Shown: positions 39,457 through 49,324, counted from the first letter of the stretch. The stretch: 64,000 nucleotides of DNA from Candidatus Woesebacteria bacterium (GCA_035402805.1 DAONDY010000001.1:13697-77696); one strand, 5' to 3'. The notes: generated from the sequence alone by a model not told the origin. Made by a program: numbers and translations.

Positions 39457-40515
39457 ATGGAAAATCAATTAACCACCGCCGAGGCGATTAAAAAACTTGT
39501 CGATAAAGTTTCTGCTGTCAAAATACCTGATGGTTTAGGTCTAAAATTACAAGAACTTTTTTCCCAACTAGAAATTAATTCTCAAAATGAGGAAACTTTT
39601 TGGCAAAATTATTACAACATTTCTAAATATGTTTATTGGGTTATTGCTATCCCTTGGTTTAATGAAACTAAAGATATTTTAGATTTGCGTTTTACCAAAG
39701 AAAAATTAGATCAAGAGCATTATGGTTTGGAAACCATCAAAGAAAGAATTTTAGAATATATTTCTGTCCTATCTTTACAAAAAAATCGTAATCCAAACGA
39801 AACAATTCAAGCTCCAATTATTCTTTTTGCTGGTTTAGTTGGTACTGGAAAAACTACCATGGCCAAATCAATTGCCAATGTCATGGGTCGTGAACTTGTT
39901 AGAATTCCTTTTGGTGGTCTTGGTGATGCTCATTATCTTCGCGGTTATACTCGTACTCGTCCCGATTCTGAACCAGGCCAAATTATTAAAGGTTTAGTTA
40001 ATTGCAAAAGCCGCAATCCAGTTATTTTATTAGATGAAATCGACCGTGTTGCCGACGATGCTTTAAATACTATCATGGGTGTTTTAGTTGAACTTCTTGA
40101 TCCAGAACAAAACAGTCATTTTGTCGATCATTATTTAGATTATCCAGTCGATCTTTCTCAAGTCATTTTTTGCGCTACTTGCAACAATACTTCTCGAATT
40201 GCCACTGCTGTTATGGATCGATTGGAAATTATTCAAATGCCATCATATACAGACGAAGAAAAAATGGTTATTGCTCGCGATTATCTTTTACCCAAGGCAT
40301 TAAAAAGCACTGGTCTAAATTCAGCTGATTTAAAAATCGGCGACAGTCTATGGCCACAAATTATTCGTCCTCTTGGTTTCGATGCTGGGGTTCGTACACT
40401 TCAACGCAATATTGAGGGTATGTGTCGTAAAGTTGCTAAAGTCATTTTAGAAGGCAAAACTAGACAAGTGGTTATTGACGAATCCAATGTCAAAATATTT
40501 TTACCTCAATGGTAA
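39457..40515 (+). CDS. Lon-like AAA+ ATPase module without LON N-domain and without protease domain
   Basis: 352 aa. LDQEHYGLETIKERILEYISV; Walker A GLVGTGKTTMAKSIA; RGYTRTRPDSEPGQIIKGL; Walker B VILLDEID; DPEQNSHFVDHYLDYPVDLSQVIFCATCN. All align to Lon residues ~230-580. The ORF ends before the S-K protease domain. Confidence 0.6.
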   Translation: MENQLTTAEAIKKLVDKVSAVKIPDGLGLKLQELFSQLEINSQNEETFWQNYYNISKYVYWVIAIPWFNETKDILDLRFTKEKLDQEHYGLETIKERILEYISVLSLQKNRNPNETIQAPIILFAGLVGTGKTTMAKSIANVMGRELVRIPFGGLGDAHYLRGYTRTRPDSEPGQIIKGLVNCKSRNPVILLDEIDRVADDALNTIMGVLVELLDPEQNSHFVDHYLDYPVDLSQVIFCATCNNTSRIATAVMDRLEIIQMPSYTDEEKMVIARDYLLPKALKSTGLNSADLKIGDSLWPQIIRPLGFDAGVRTLQRNIEGMCRKVAKVILEGKTRQVVIDESNVKIFLPQW

Positions 40516-40540
40516 AATTTATTAAGAGTTTTTATTTTTT

Positions 40541-40566
40541 CTGAACCATTTGTGGTTGCGGTTCAG
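40541..40566 (+). terminator. Hairpin (CTGAACC...GGTTCAG) followed by a T-rich tract after the Lon-like gene
   Basis: 7-bp stem with an alternative inner pairing AACCA/TGGTT. Downstream TTATTTATTATT. Confidence 0.3.
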
Positions 40567-40607
40567 TTATTTATTATTATTTATATTTATTAATCACATC
40601 AGTTTTT

Positions 40608-42356
40608 ATGTTTAAAAATCAAAACACAAATTTTATTAAAAATGCTCCAAATCAGGTCCGAGAATACAAATCAGGCCACGATTCGGTGCGAATTAGCTCC
40701 CTTGGGGGCTTTGGCGATGTCACTCAAAACATGTTTGTTTATGAGTTCATTCCCAATGGCGATCTTGCCAGAAGTCAAATTATTATTGTTGATTGTGGGG
40801 TCGGTTTTCCCGAAGAGGACGCCTTTGGCGTTGATCTTCAAATTCCCGACACTCACTATCTTGAAGATAAAAAAGACCGAATTTTAGGTATATTTATTAC
40901 TCACGGTCACGAGGACCATATTGGAGCCGTTCGTTTTATTCTGCCAATTTTAGGTCAAAATGTTCCAGTCTACGCTCCCAAATTAGCTGCTGCTTTTATA
41001 GAAGCCCGACTTGGCGAAGTTCAAATTCGCGCTAATCTTCAAGTTTATGATGAAAAAACTTTACCTATAAACAAAGGTCCTTTTATTATTGAACCAATTA
41101 GGGTTACTCATTCTATTCCCGACACTTTTCATTTTGCCATTAATACACCAATTGGTATTTTTTATCATGGTTCCGATTTCAAATTTGATTTATTTCCTCT
41201 AGATGGTAAAGGTGCTGATTATCAAAAAATCGCCCGTGTTGGTCAAGGAAAAGTTATTGCTCTAATGTCGGACAGTTTAGGATCTGACCATGAAGGTTTT
41301 TCACCTTCAGAATCTTCTATTGCTCAAAATTTTAAACAAGAAATTATTTCCGCTAAAGGTCGAGTTTTTGTTACTTCAATTTCTAGTAACATTGTTCGCT
41401 GGACTCAAGCCATTGAATACGGCAAAAGTGTTGGTCGAAAAATAGTTATTGTTGGTTTTTCGGTAGACAGGGCTATCAAAATTGCCAAAGATTTAGGCTA
41501 TTTAACTCTAAATGACACCGACATTGTCCCCATTGAAAGAGTTAAAAATTTCAATGAAAACAAATTGCTTTTCTTAGTTGCCGGTTTTGCTGGTCAGCCA
41601 GATTCGGCTCTCAGTAAAATGATCATGGGTAAACATAAAGTTAAAGTCAAAGCTGGTGACAAAGTTATCTTTTCTTCCCCAGATTATATTCCCGGCACCA
41701 CTTCTAATATTTACAATATGATCGATCTTCTCTCTAAAATGGGGGCCGAAGTTGTTTATGGTGAAAAAGAAGAATTGCATGTTTCCGGTCATGGTTATCA
41801 AAAGGAACATGCTCTTTTAATTAATTTATTAAGACCAAAATATTTATTACCAATCGGTGGTAATTATCGTCATTTAAAGAGTTATCAAGAGATGGCCAAA
41901 AAATTAGGTTACACCGAAGAACAGGTGATTTTGCCAGATTTTGATGCTTCAGCCACTTTCAATAGCAATGGCACCGTCGACACTAATTTTCATATTTCCA
42001 TTAGAAAAGTTTTAATTGATGGATTTGGAGTCGGTGATGTTGGCACTACTGTTCTAAGGGATCGAAAAACTCTGGCCGAAGATGGTATGTTCTCTGTTGT
42101 TTTATTGATTGAAAAGGAATCTGGCAAATTAGTTAAACCTCCAGTTGTCTTAAGTCGTGGGTTTGTTTTTATGAAAGAAAACACCGAACTTATAGACTTT
42201 TTAAAGCTTGAAATTACTAATAAATTTAATCAATCTACCAGTTCTCCGGCCAATATGGATTTTATTCGTGAAGAAGTTCAAGCTTCTCTTGAAGAAATTA
42301 TCTACAAAAAAACCGGCCGACAACCAATGGTCTTACCCTTAGTAATCGAAGTATAA
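40608..42356 (+). CDS. rnj: Ribonuclease J (metallo-beta-lactamase / beta-CASP RNase)
   Basis: 582 aa. HGHEDHIGAV motif, beta-CASP region and C-terminal domain. N-terminus ...VRISSLGGFGDVTQNMFVYEF typical of RNase J. Confidence 0.85.
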   Translation: MFKNQNTNFIKNAPNQVREYKSGHDSVRISSLGGFGDVTQNMFVYEFIPNGDLARSQIIIVDCGVGFPEEDAFGVDLQIPDTHYLEDKKDRILGIFITHGHEDHIGAVRFILPILGQNVPVYAPKLAAAFIEARLGEVQIRANLQVYDEKTLPINKGPFIIEPIRVTHSIPDTFHFAINTPIGIFYHGSDFKFDLFPLDGKGADYQKIARVGQGKVIALMSDSLGSDHEGFSPSESSIAQNFKQEIISAKGRVFVTSISSNIVRWTQAIEYGKSVGRKIVIVGFSVDRAIKIAKDLGYLTLNDTDIVPIERVKNFNENKLLFLVAGFAGQPDSALSKMIMGKHKVKVKAGDKVIFSSPDYIPGTTSNIYNMIDLLSKMGAEVVYGEKEELHVSGHGYQKEHALLINLLRPKYLLPIGGNYRHLKSYQEMAKKLGYTEEQVILPDFDASATFNSNGTVDTNFHISIRKVLIDGFGVGDVGTTVLRDRKTLAEDGMFSVVLLIEKESGKLVKPPVVLSRGFVFMKENTELIDFLKLEITNKFNQSTSSPANMDFIREEVQASLEEIIYKKTGRQPMVLPLVIEV

Positions 42357-42370
42357 AATCTAAAACTGTT

Positions 42371-42637
42371 CTACAAATATTTGTTCCATTTATTATCAGT
42401 AATAATACTGTTATTTTTTTTGCAAAAATTTTTTTTAGCTTCTTCCTCAAGATTACTAATTTCTTTATTAATAACCAAACCCATATTTCGTCCATGATCT
42501 TTCTTTTCTTCCTCGCTTAATTCAGGAGGTGGATCAGGAAGTTCATTCACAGCCATATTAATTTCTTTAGCCATCTCCATATAACATTTCTTATTTCCAG
42601 GAACTGTACAAATTTCACAATTTCTTTTTTCACTCAT
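42371..42637 (-). CDS. Hypothetical small Cys-containing acidic protein (orphan, opposite strand)
   Basis: 88 aa. CEIC...KC near the N-terminus. No other motifs. Confidence 0.3.
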   Translation of the reverse strand: MSEKRNCEICTVPGNKKCYMEMAKEINMAVNELPDPPPELSEEEKKDHGRNMGLVINKEISNLEEEAKKNFCKKNNSIITDNKWNKYL

Positions 42638-42683
42638 AAATATATTTTATCCTAATTTTCGATTTTTTAAGTTATAATAAGCC

Positions 42684-44105
42684 ATGGCTAAAAAATTTAT
42701 CAAACTTAAATCCGAAGATTTATCTGAATGGTATAACGATCTTGTCGTTAAAGCCGAACTTGCCGATTATTCTCCAGTCAAAGGTTGTATGGTTATTCGT
42801 CCTTATGGTTATGCCATTTGGGAAAGAATTCAATCTTTTATGGATAAGTTTATTAAAGAAAAAGGTGTTCAAAATGCTTATTTTCCTATCTTCATTCCCG
42901 AAAGTTTTTTAAAAAAAGAAAAAGAACATGTTGAGGGTTTTGCCCCTGAATTAGCCGTTGTTACCATGGGTGGTGGTCAAGAATTAACCGAAAAATTAAT
43001 TGTCCGTCCCACTTCTGAAACCATTATGTACGAAATGTACAAAAAATGGACTCAAAGTTGGCGTGATTTACCAGTAAAAATGAATCAATGGTGCAATGTT
43101 GTCCGTTGGGAACAACGTACTTATTTATTTTTAAGAACAACTGAATTTTTATGGCAAGAAGGTCATTGTGCTCATGCCACCTCCGAAGAAAATAATGAAA
43201 TGGTTCAATGGGCTTTAGATCTTTATAAAAAAACTTATACCGATCTTTTGGCTATTTATGGAGTTACTGGTGTTAAAAGTGATGCAGAAAAATTTGCTGG
43301 TGCTGGTAAAACTTATACTATTGAGGCTCTGATGCCAAATGGTAAAGCTCTTCAAGCTGGAACTTCTCATGACCTTGGTCAAAATTTTGCCAAATCTTTT
43401 GATTGGTTTGTTTCCGATAAAAACGGTGAAAAACTTTATCCTTACCAAAACAGTTGGGGACTTTCCACTAGATCTATCGGTGGATTAATTATGATTCATG
43501 GTGATGATAATGGTTTAGTTTTCCCACCTCAAATTGCTCCAATTCAAATAGTTATTGTTCCAATTCCAAACCACCAAAAAGCATCCAAATTGGCCGAAGA
43601 TATTTTTATTAAAATAAAATCAAATTATCGTTGTCAGCTTGACGATACTGTTGATGAATCAGCTGGTTTTAAATTTAATAAATGGGAAATGAAAGGTGTT
43701 CCAATTAGAATTGAAATTGGCGATAAAGAAGCCGATCTTGATTCTGTAATTTTAGTTCGTCGCGACACTCTTGAAAAACAAACTATTAAAATTGCTGATT
43801 TGGAAAAAAATATTGATCAACTTTTAATTGATATTCAAAGCAATTTATTAGAAAAACACAAAAAATTTACTCAAAACAACACTTTTTCAGTTGATTCTTT
43901 TGATGAATTTAAAAAAATAATGTCCACTACTCGTGGTTTTATTTCCGCTCATTGGTGTGAAAATGCCGAATGTGAGGCAAAAATAAAAGAAGAAACCAAA
44001 GCTACTACTCGCTGTCTTCCAGATGGTCAGCCAGAAGAAGATGGTGTTTGTATTCACTGCGGTAAACCATCAAAACATCGTTGGCTATTTGCACAAAGCT
44101 ACTAA
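42684..44105 (+). CDS. proS: Prolyl-tRNA synthetase, archaeal/eukaryotic type with C-terminal zinc-binding domain
   Basis: 473 aa. Class II motifs and a C-terminal CxxC...CxxC segment. TATAAT at 42673-42678 lies 5 nt before the ATG, suggesting a leaderless transcript. Confidence 0.9.
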   Translation: MAKKFIKLKSEDLSEWYNDLVVKAELADYSPVKGCMVIRPYGYAIWERIQSFMDKFIKEKGVQNAYFPIFIPESFLKKEKEHVEGFAPELAVVTMGGGQELTEKLIVRPTSETIMYEMYKKWTQSWRDLPVKMNQWCNVVRWEQRTYLFLRTTEFLWQEGHCAHATSEENNEMVQWALDLYKKTYTDLLAIYGVTGVKSDAEKFAGAGKTYTIEALMPNGKALQAGTSHDLGQNFAKSFDWFVSDKNGEKLYPYQNSWGLSTRSIGGLIMIHGDDNGLVFPPQIAPIQIVIVPIPNHQKASKLAEDIFIKIKSNYRCQLDDTVDESAGFKFNKWEMKGVPIRIEIGDKEADLDSVILVRRDTLEKQTIKIADLEKNIDQLLIDIQSNLLEKHKKFTQNNTFSVDSFDEFKKIMSTTRGFISAHWCENAECEAKIKEETKATTRCLPDGQPEEDGVCIHCGKPSKHRWLFAQSY

Positions 44106-44121
44106 AACGGTATACTAATTC

Positions 44122-46242
44122 ATGGCTAAACGTGGTCGCAAGAAAAAACATCTATTTCCAGTTTTAAGACTAAAACCGGAAACTGTCAAAACCATCTTTT
44201 TTATCATTTTTATGGTTTTGTCGATTCTTTCCTTATTTTCTTTTCTTCAAACCGGATCAAGTCTTTCCCAATTGAATAATAAATTAACAGAATGGTTTGG
44301 ATTAATTTCCGTTTTTGTTCCCTTTTTACTCTTACTCACTTCTTTTCTTTTTGCCAAAATTAAAATTCCTCTAAAAGAATTAAATGTCTTTTTTGGTTCA
44401 TTAATTATGTTTATTGCCCTTTTGGGTTTACTCAAACAGGGGGTTGTTGGCACTTTTTTTAGTACTCAAATAACTGCTCTTACTGGTGAATTAGCTGGAT
44501 TTTTCATTTTTTTCTTTTCTGGAATCGCTGGTTTTGTAATCTTATTTGACACTAACATTAGTCAAATAGTTAAATTTTTTGTTGGGCTTTTCAAGGCTCT
44601 TAAAAAATATACTATCGGTAATGGTAAAAATAAAGAAAAAAGATCCGAGAAAAAAGTCGGTAAATTTTTATCAGAACTTTCTCCTTTTAAATCAGAAAAA
44701 AATAACGATAAAGACCGTAAGGATGATCCAAATGTAGTTAACGTTCCTCCAGTTATAAAAGCTCCCGACCAGTTATCAATTTCTTCACCGCTTCAATCAA
44801 ATCCTGTAAACCAAATTTGGAATTATCCCTCTCTTGATATTTTTGATAACACTCCTGGAGCTAAGGCTGACCGTGGTGATGTCCGAAAAAATGCCAGTAC
44901 TATCGAAGAAACTCTCGAATCGTTTGGTATTAGAGCTAAAGTAGTTGAATATAACAACAGTCCTTCAGTTACCCAATATGCCCTAGAGGTTGCTCTTGGC
45001 ACCAAATTAGCCAAAATTGTTAGCTTAAGTAATGACTTAGCTATGGCTCTTTCTGCTCCTGGTGGTCAAATTCGTATTGAAGCTCCAATTCCTGGCCGAT
45101 CATTAGTTGGCATTGAAGTTCCTAATAAATCCCTTGAAGTTGTTCCTATCAGAAAAATCTTAGAATCTGATGTCATGAGAAATGCCAAAAACAAAATCAC
45201 TGTTCCGTTAGGTCTCGATGTTGCTGGAAATGCCAAAGTTGCCGATATTGCCAAAATGCCGCATGTTTTAATTGCCGGTCAAACTGGTTCCGGTAAATCA
45301 GTCTGTATCAATTCTTGGATTGCTAACATTCTTTTCAGATCTTCACCTCAAGAAGTCAGAATGATTATGGTCGATCCTAAACGAGTCGAACTGACTCCTT
45401 TTAATGGTATTCCTCATCTATTAACTCCCGTCATTGTCGATCCAGAAAAAGTTATTTCTGCCCTAAAATGGGCGGTTAGTGAAATGGAACGCCGTTATAA
45501 AACCTTTACCGAAGTTGGGGCTAAAAATATTGAGGCCTACAACAATTTATCTGGTTTTCAATCAATGCCGTATATTTTGATTTTTATTGATGAATTGGCC
45601 GAAATTATGTTATTTTCTCCATCAGAAGTTGAAGATAATGTTTGTCGCTTGGCTCAAATGGCTCGTGCCACTGGTATTCATTTAATTTTAGCTACTCAAA
45701 GACCTTCAGTTAATGTTATTACCGGTCTCATTAAAGCCAATATTCCAACTCGTATTTCTTTTGCTGTTACCTCGGTCACCGATTCCCGTGTTATTCTTGA
45801 TACCCCTGGCGCTGAAAAATTATTAGGTAGGGGAGACATGCTCTATATTCCCCCTGATTTAGCTAAGCCAGTTCGTATCCAAGGTTGCTTTGTCTCTGAT
45901 AAAGAAATAGTTGCCTTAATTGATTTTCTTAAAACTCAAAAAACTACTGAATATAACGATGAAATCACTAGTCAACCAGTTTCTGGTGGCAATGGTAAAT
46001 CAGTTATTACCTCAGCTGATGGTTCTTCACACGATCCACTTTACGACAGTGCCGTTAAATTAATTCAAGATACTGGCAAAGCTTCGACTACTTATCTTCA
46101 AAGAAAGTTAAGCGTTGGTTATGCCCGAGCCGCTAAAATATTGGACGAAATCGAAGGCGCTGGTTTAATCGGCCCGTCAAAAGGTGCCAAAGCCAGAGAT
46201 ATTTTAATGCCTCACAATCCAGGTGATGGTTCGACTGAATAA
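44122..46242 (+). CDS. ftsK: DNA translocase FtsK/SpoIIIE
   Basis: 706 aa. N-terminal TMs, a linker, Walker A GQTGSGKSV, and the C-terminal gamma winged helix. Confidence 0.85.
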   Translation: MAKRGRKKKHLFPVLRLKPETVKTIFFIIFMVLSILSLFSFLQTGSSLSQLNNKLTEWFGLISVFVPFLLLLTSFLFAKIKIPLKELNVFFGSLIMFIALLGLLKQGVVGTFFSTQITALTGELAGFFIFFFSGIAGFVILFDTNISQIVKFFVGLFKALKKYTIGNGKNKEKRSEKKVGKFLSELSPFKSEKNNDKDRKDDPNVVNVPPVIKAPDQLSISSPLQSNPVNQIWNYPSLDIFDNTPGAKADRGDVRKNASTIEETLESFGIRAKVVEYNNSPSVTQYALEVALGTKLAKIVSLSNDLAMALSAPGGQIRIEAPIPGRSLVGIEVPNKSLEVVPIRKILESDVMRNAKNKITVPLGLDVAGNAKVADIAKMPHVLIAGQTGSGKSVCINSWIANILFRSSPQEVRMIMVDPKRVELTPFNGIPHLLTPVIVDPEKVISALKWAVSEMERRYKTFTEVGAKNIEAYNNLSGFQSMPYILIFIDELAEIMLFSPSEVEDNVCRLAQMARATGIHLILATQRPSVNVITGLIKANIPTRISFAVTSVTDSRVILDTPGAEKLLGRGDMLYIPPDLAKPVRIQGCFVSDKEIVALIDFLKTQKTTEYNDEITSQPVSGGNGKSVITSADGSSHDPLYDSAVKLIQDTGKASTTYLQRKLSVGYARAAKILDEIEGAGLIGPSKGAKARDILMPHNPGDGSTE

Positions 46243-46248
46243 TTTATT

Positions 46249-46854
46249 ATGCTTCGAACTTCTTCTCTTCTTAAAAACACCCGTATTGATAAAGAATATG
46301 ACCTGTCCGATATTTCCAAGAAATTAAAAATACCCATCAAATATTTAATTGCTATCGAAAATGAAGAGGTTAAATGTTTTCCTCAAGAGCCTTATTGTTC
46401 TTTGATTATTAAAGATTATGCCGATTATTTAGGTCTAAATGGTCAAGAAATGTTATCTTTTTTTCGTCGTGATTTTGAACAAAGTAAAAAAAATAAATCC
46501 TTTAAAAAAGAAAATCTATCTTTTACCCCTCAATTTACTTTCGCTCTTTTAATTGGATTAATTTTAGTCAGTTTTATTTTTTATCTCACTTCAGAATATT
46601 TAAAATTTAATCGTCCTCCAAAATTAAAAGTAAATTGGCCAGAAAATATTACTGGTACCAGTTTTGATCTTTCTGGTCTTACCGATCCTGATTCCACCAT
46701 TCGCATTAATCAAGACCTTATTATTGTTGATGATAAAGGAAATTTTCAAAAGAAAATTCAAGCCAGTTCTGGTGGTGAATTAAAAATTATCGTTGAATCT
46801 AAATCGCCTAGTGGTAAAACCACTATTGAAGAAAAAGTTTTAAAAACTAATTAA
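46249..46854 (+). CDS. RodZ-like cytoskeleton/morphogenesis protein (HTH + single TM + C-terminal domain)
   Basis: 201 aa. The N-terminal XRE-like helix LSDISKKLKIPIKYLIAIENEE...YCSLIIKDYADYLGL is RodZ-like. TM helix FTFALLIGLILVSFIFYL. Confidence 0.45.
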   Translation: MLRTSSLLKNTRIDKEYDLSDISKKLKIPIKYLIAIENEEVKCFPQEPYCSLIIKDYADYLGLNGQEMLSFFRRDFEQSKKNKSFKKENLSFTPQFTFALLIGLILVSFIFYLTSEYLKFNRPPKLKVNWPENITGTSFDLSGLTDPDSTIRINQDLIIVDDKGNFQKKIQASSGGELKIIVESKSPSGKTTIEEKVLKTN

Positions 46855-46872
46855 TTAGTTTATACTGAATAT

Positions 46873-47133
46873 ATGGATATCACTCAAATTGTCATTATCA
46901 TCAGTTTAGTTGCTATTACCGCCATTATTATTATCAGCGGTGTATTTTTCATTAAATTATTAAAAGACTTAACCGTTACCATCAAAAAAACCAACTTAAT
47001 TCTTGATGATACTCATTTAATTACCGATTCTGTGGCTAAACCAGTTTCTTCTTTTTCAGAGGTTCTTATGGGTTTAAAAAATGGTTTTTCTTTTTTTAAC
47101 AATTTATCGAAAAACAAAAAGAAAGATGAATAA
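46873..47133 (+). CDS. Small single-TM protein (hypothetical)
   Basis: 86 aa. N-terminal TM helix IVIIISLVAITAIIIISGVFFI. Confidence 0.35.
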   Translation: MDITQIVIIISLVAITAIIIISGVFFIKLLKDLTVTIKKTNLILDDTHLITDSVAKPVSSFSEVLMGLKNGFSFFNNLSKNKKKDE

Positions 47134-47398
47134 GGAAGAGGAAAAAGTAAGCTCTGGTTTTATTTTTGGTCTAACTTTAGGTGCTGCGATTGGAGCCATT
47201 TCCGCCATTTTAGTCAATAAAAACAGTAAAACCGAGGTTATTGAAAATTTTGAATCCAAGGTTAAAGATTTTTTCCAAGATTTAATTAGTGACGTTAAAA
47301 TTTCCGCCAAAGGCGGATCCTCCTCTGGCGGAAAAGAAGTTGAATATATTACTCCCAAAAAACCTGCTCCCAAGATGTTTGTTAAACCGAAAAGATAA
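47126..47398 (+). CDS. YtxH-like small membrane-associated protein
   Basis: Track ORF trimmed to MNKEEEKVSSGFIFGLTLGAAIGAISAILVNKNSKTE..., matching the YtxH GxxxGxxxGAxxALLxAPKSGKE pattern. Confidence 0.4.
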   Translation: MNKEEEKVSSGFIFGLTLGAAIGAISAILVNKNSKTEVIENFESKVKDFFQDLISDVKISAKGGSSSGGKEVEYITPKKPAPKMFVKPKR

Positions 47399-47403
47399 GA
47401 TAA

Positions 47404-47452
47404 TTTCTCCCTTTTATCAAGGGGAGATGTCCGAAGGACAGAGGGGTTTTGA
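47404..47452 (+). repeat. Copy C of the two-hairpin repeated element, identical in its structured core to copy A
   Basis: TTTCTCCCTTTTATCAAGGGGAGATGTCCGAAGGACAGAGGGGTTTTGA. Lies between the YtxH-like gene and alaS. Confidence 0.7.
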
Positions 47453-47470
47453 ACTGATATAATCAACTTT

Positions 47471-49324
47471 ATGAATGTCAGAGAAATCAGAAAAAAATTT
47501 ATCGATTTTTATAAAGCCCGTGGTCATATTGAAATTCCTTCTGTTTCTTTAGTTCCAGAAAACGATCCCTCTACTCTTTTTACTTCCGCTGGAATGCAAC
47601 CAATGATGCTCTATCTTTTAGGAGAAAAGCATCCACTTGGAAAAAGAATTGTCGATTCTCAAAAATGTTTTCGTTCTCAAGATATTGAAGAAGTTGGCGA
47701 TAATCGTCACACCACCTTTTTTGAAATGTTAGGTAATTGGTCTTTAGGGGATTATTTTAAAAAAGAACAACTCGAATTTATTTTTACTTTTCTTACTGAT
47801 AAAAACGAAGGAATAGGCCTCGATCCAAATCGAATTCATGTTTCTGTTTTTAAAGGTGATGAAAATCAAAAATTAATGCCCGACACTGAAACCATAGACC
47901 TTTGGATTAAGCTTTTTGGAAAATATAACATAAAAGCGGGAATTGGTAATCACATTTTTACCTATCCATCCAACAAAAATTGGTGGTCTCGTTCCGGTTC
48001 TCCTGATAAAATGCCTGCAGGTGAACCTGGTGGTCCAGACAGTGAAATTTTTTATGATTTTGGTCCAGAACTAAAACTACATGAAAACTCAAAATGGAAA
48101 GATCAACCCTGCCATATAAATTGTGATTGTGGTCGTTTCTTAGAAATCGGCAATTCTGTGTTTATGCAATACCTTAAACAATCAGATGGTAGTTTAAAAG
48201 ATTTACCTCAAAAAAACATTGACTTTGGAGGTGGTTTAACCAGACTAGAAGCCGTTTCTAAAAATAACCCCGACATGTTTAATATTTCCACCCTTAGCCC
48301 TTTAATTAAGGAAATAGAAAAAATTTCCCAAAAATCGTATTCAGATTTAGACAATAAAGCTCCAATGAGAATTATTGCCGATCATATTACTGCCTCGGTT
48401 TTTTTAATTAATGATGGCGTTGTTCCTAGTAATAAAGCTCAAGGTTATGTGCTTCGTCGTTTAATTCGTCGGGCTATTCGTCAAGGAAAAATAATCAACA
48501 TCGAAAATGATTTGATTGTAAAAATAGCTAAATTAGTTATTAATGACGAAAATTATACCGATAAATACCCAGAACTTATTCAAAACCAAAATAATATTTT
48601 AGACATTTTAACCACTGAAGAAAATAAATTTAGAAAAACTTTAAACAATGGTCTTCGTGAAATTAATAAACTAATTACTAGAAATAAAACTGTTTCCGGT
48701 AAAGAAGCTTTTACTCTTTATGAAACTTTCGGTTTTCCAGTTGAAATGATTCAAGAGGAATTAGCTAAAAATAATTTAACTCTAAATATAGATGATTTTG
48801 ATCAGGCCAAACTTGATCATCAAAAACTTTCTCAGACTTTATCTGCCGGCAAGTTTAAATCAGGTTTAGCCGATAATTCGGAAATTATTACTAAATTTCA
48901 TACTGTCGCCCACTTGCTTCACGCCGCTTTAAGAAAAGTTCTTGGCAGTCATGTTCAACAAGCTGGTTCAAATATTACCTCGGAAAGAATTCGTTTTGAT
49001 TTTACTAACCCCGAAAAATTAACTGAAGATCAGTTAAAACAAGTGACAGATTTGGTTAATGATCAAATTAAATTAAAATTACCGGTTACTGTTGAAAATA
49101 TGCCCTTTACTGAGGCGACCAAAAAAGGTGCTTTAGCTTTTTTTGGTAACAAATATCCAGAAAATGTTACCGTTTATACCATCGGTTCAAAGGAAAATTA
49201 TTTTTCAAAAGAAGTTTGCACTGGTCCTCATGTTGCCAATTTATCTGTACTTGGTCATTTTGAAATCTTTAAAGAAGAATCCGCTGGGAGTGGTAAACGC
49301 CGTATCTATGCAGTCCTAAAATAG
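47471..49324 (+). CDS. alaS: Alanyl-tRNA synthetase, short form (catalytic, tRNA-binding and editing domains; no C-Ala domain)
   Basis: 617 aa. N-terminal FIDFYKARGHIEIPSVSLVP...FTSAGMQ. Editing-domain HxxxH (HTVAHLLH) and CxxxH (CTGPH). ORF ends ~170 aa before the usual C-terminus. Confidence 0.85.
   Translation: MNVREIRKKFIDFYKARGHIEIPSVSLVPENDPSTLFTSAGMQPMMLYLLGEKHPLGKRIVDSQKCFRSQDIEEVGDNRHTTFFEMLGNWSLGDYFKKEQLEFIFTFLTDKNEGIGLDPNRIHVSVFKGDENQKLMPDTETIDLWIKLFGKYNIKAGIGNHIFTYPSNKNWWSRSGSPDKMPAGEPGGPDSEIFYDFGPELKLHENSKWKDQPCHINCDCGRFLEIGNSVFMQYLKQSDGSLKDLPQKNIDFGGGLTRLEAVSKNNPDMFNISTLSPLIKEIEKISQKSYSDLDNKAPMRIIADHITASVFLINDGVVPSNKAQGYVLRRLIRRAIRQGKIINIENDLIVKIAKLVINDENYTDKYPELIQNQNNILDILTTEENKFRKTLNNGLREINKLITRNKTVSGKEAFTLYETFGFPVEMIQEELAKNNLTLNIDDFDQAKLDHQKLSQTLSAGKFKSGLADNSEIITKFHTVAHLLHAALRKVLGSHVQQAGSNITSERIRFDFTNPEKLTEDQLKQVTDLVNDQIKLKLPVTVENMPFTEATKKGALAFFGNKYPENVTVYTIGSKENYFSKEVCTGPHVANLSVLGHFEIFKEESAGSGKRRIYAVLK

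Noticed and set aside
39457-40515. Calling the Lon-like ORF a pseudogene fragment
   Set aside because: The reading frame has a clean ATG, the complete AAA+ module and a proper stop with a downstream hairpin. Without read data I cannot call it a pseudogene, so it is kept as a CDS and flagged.
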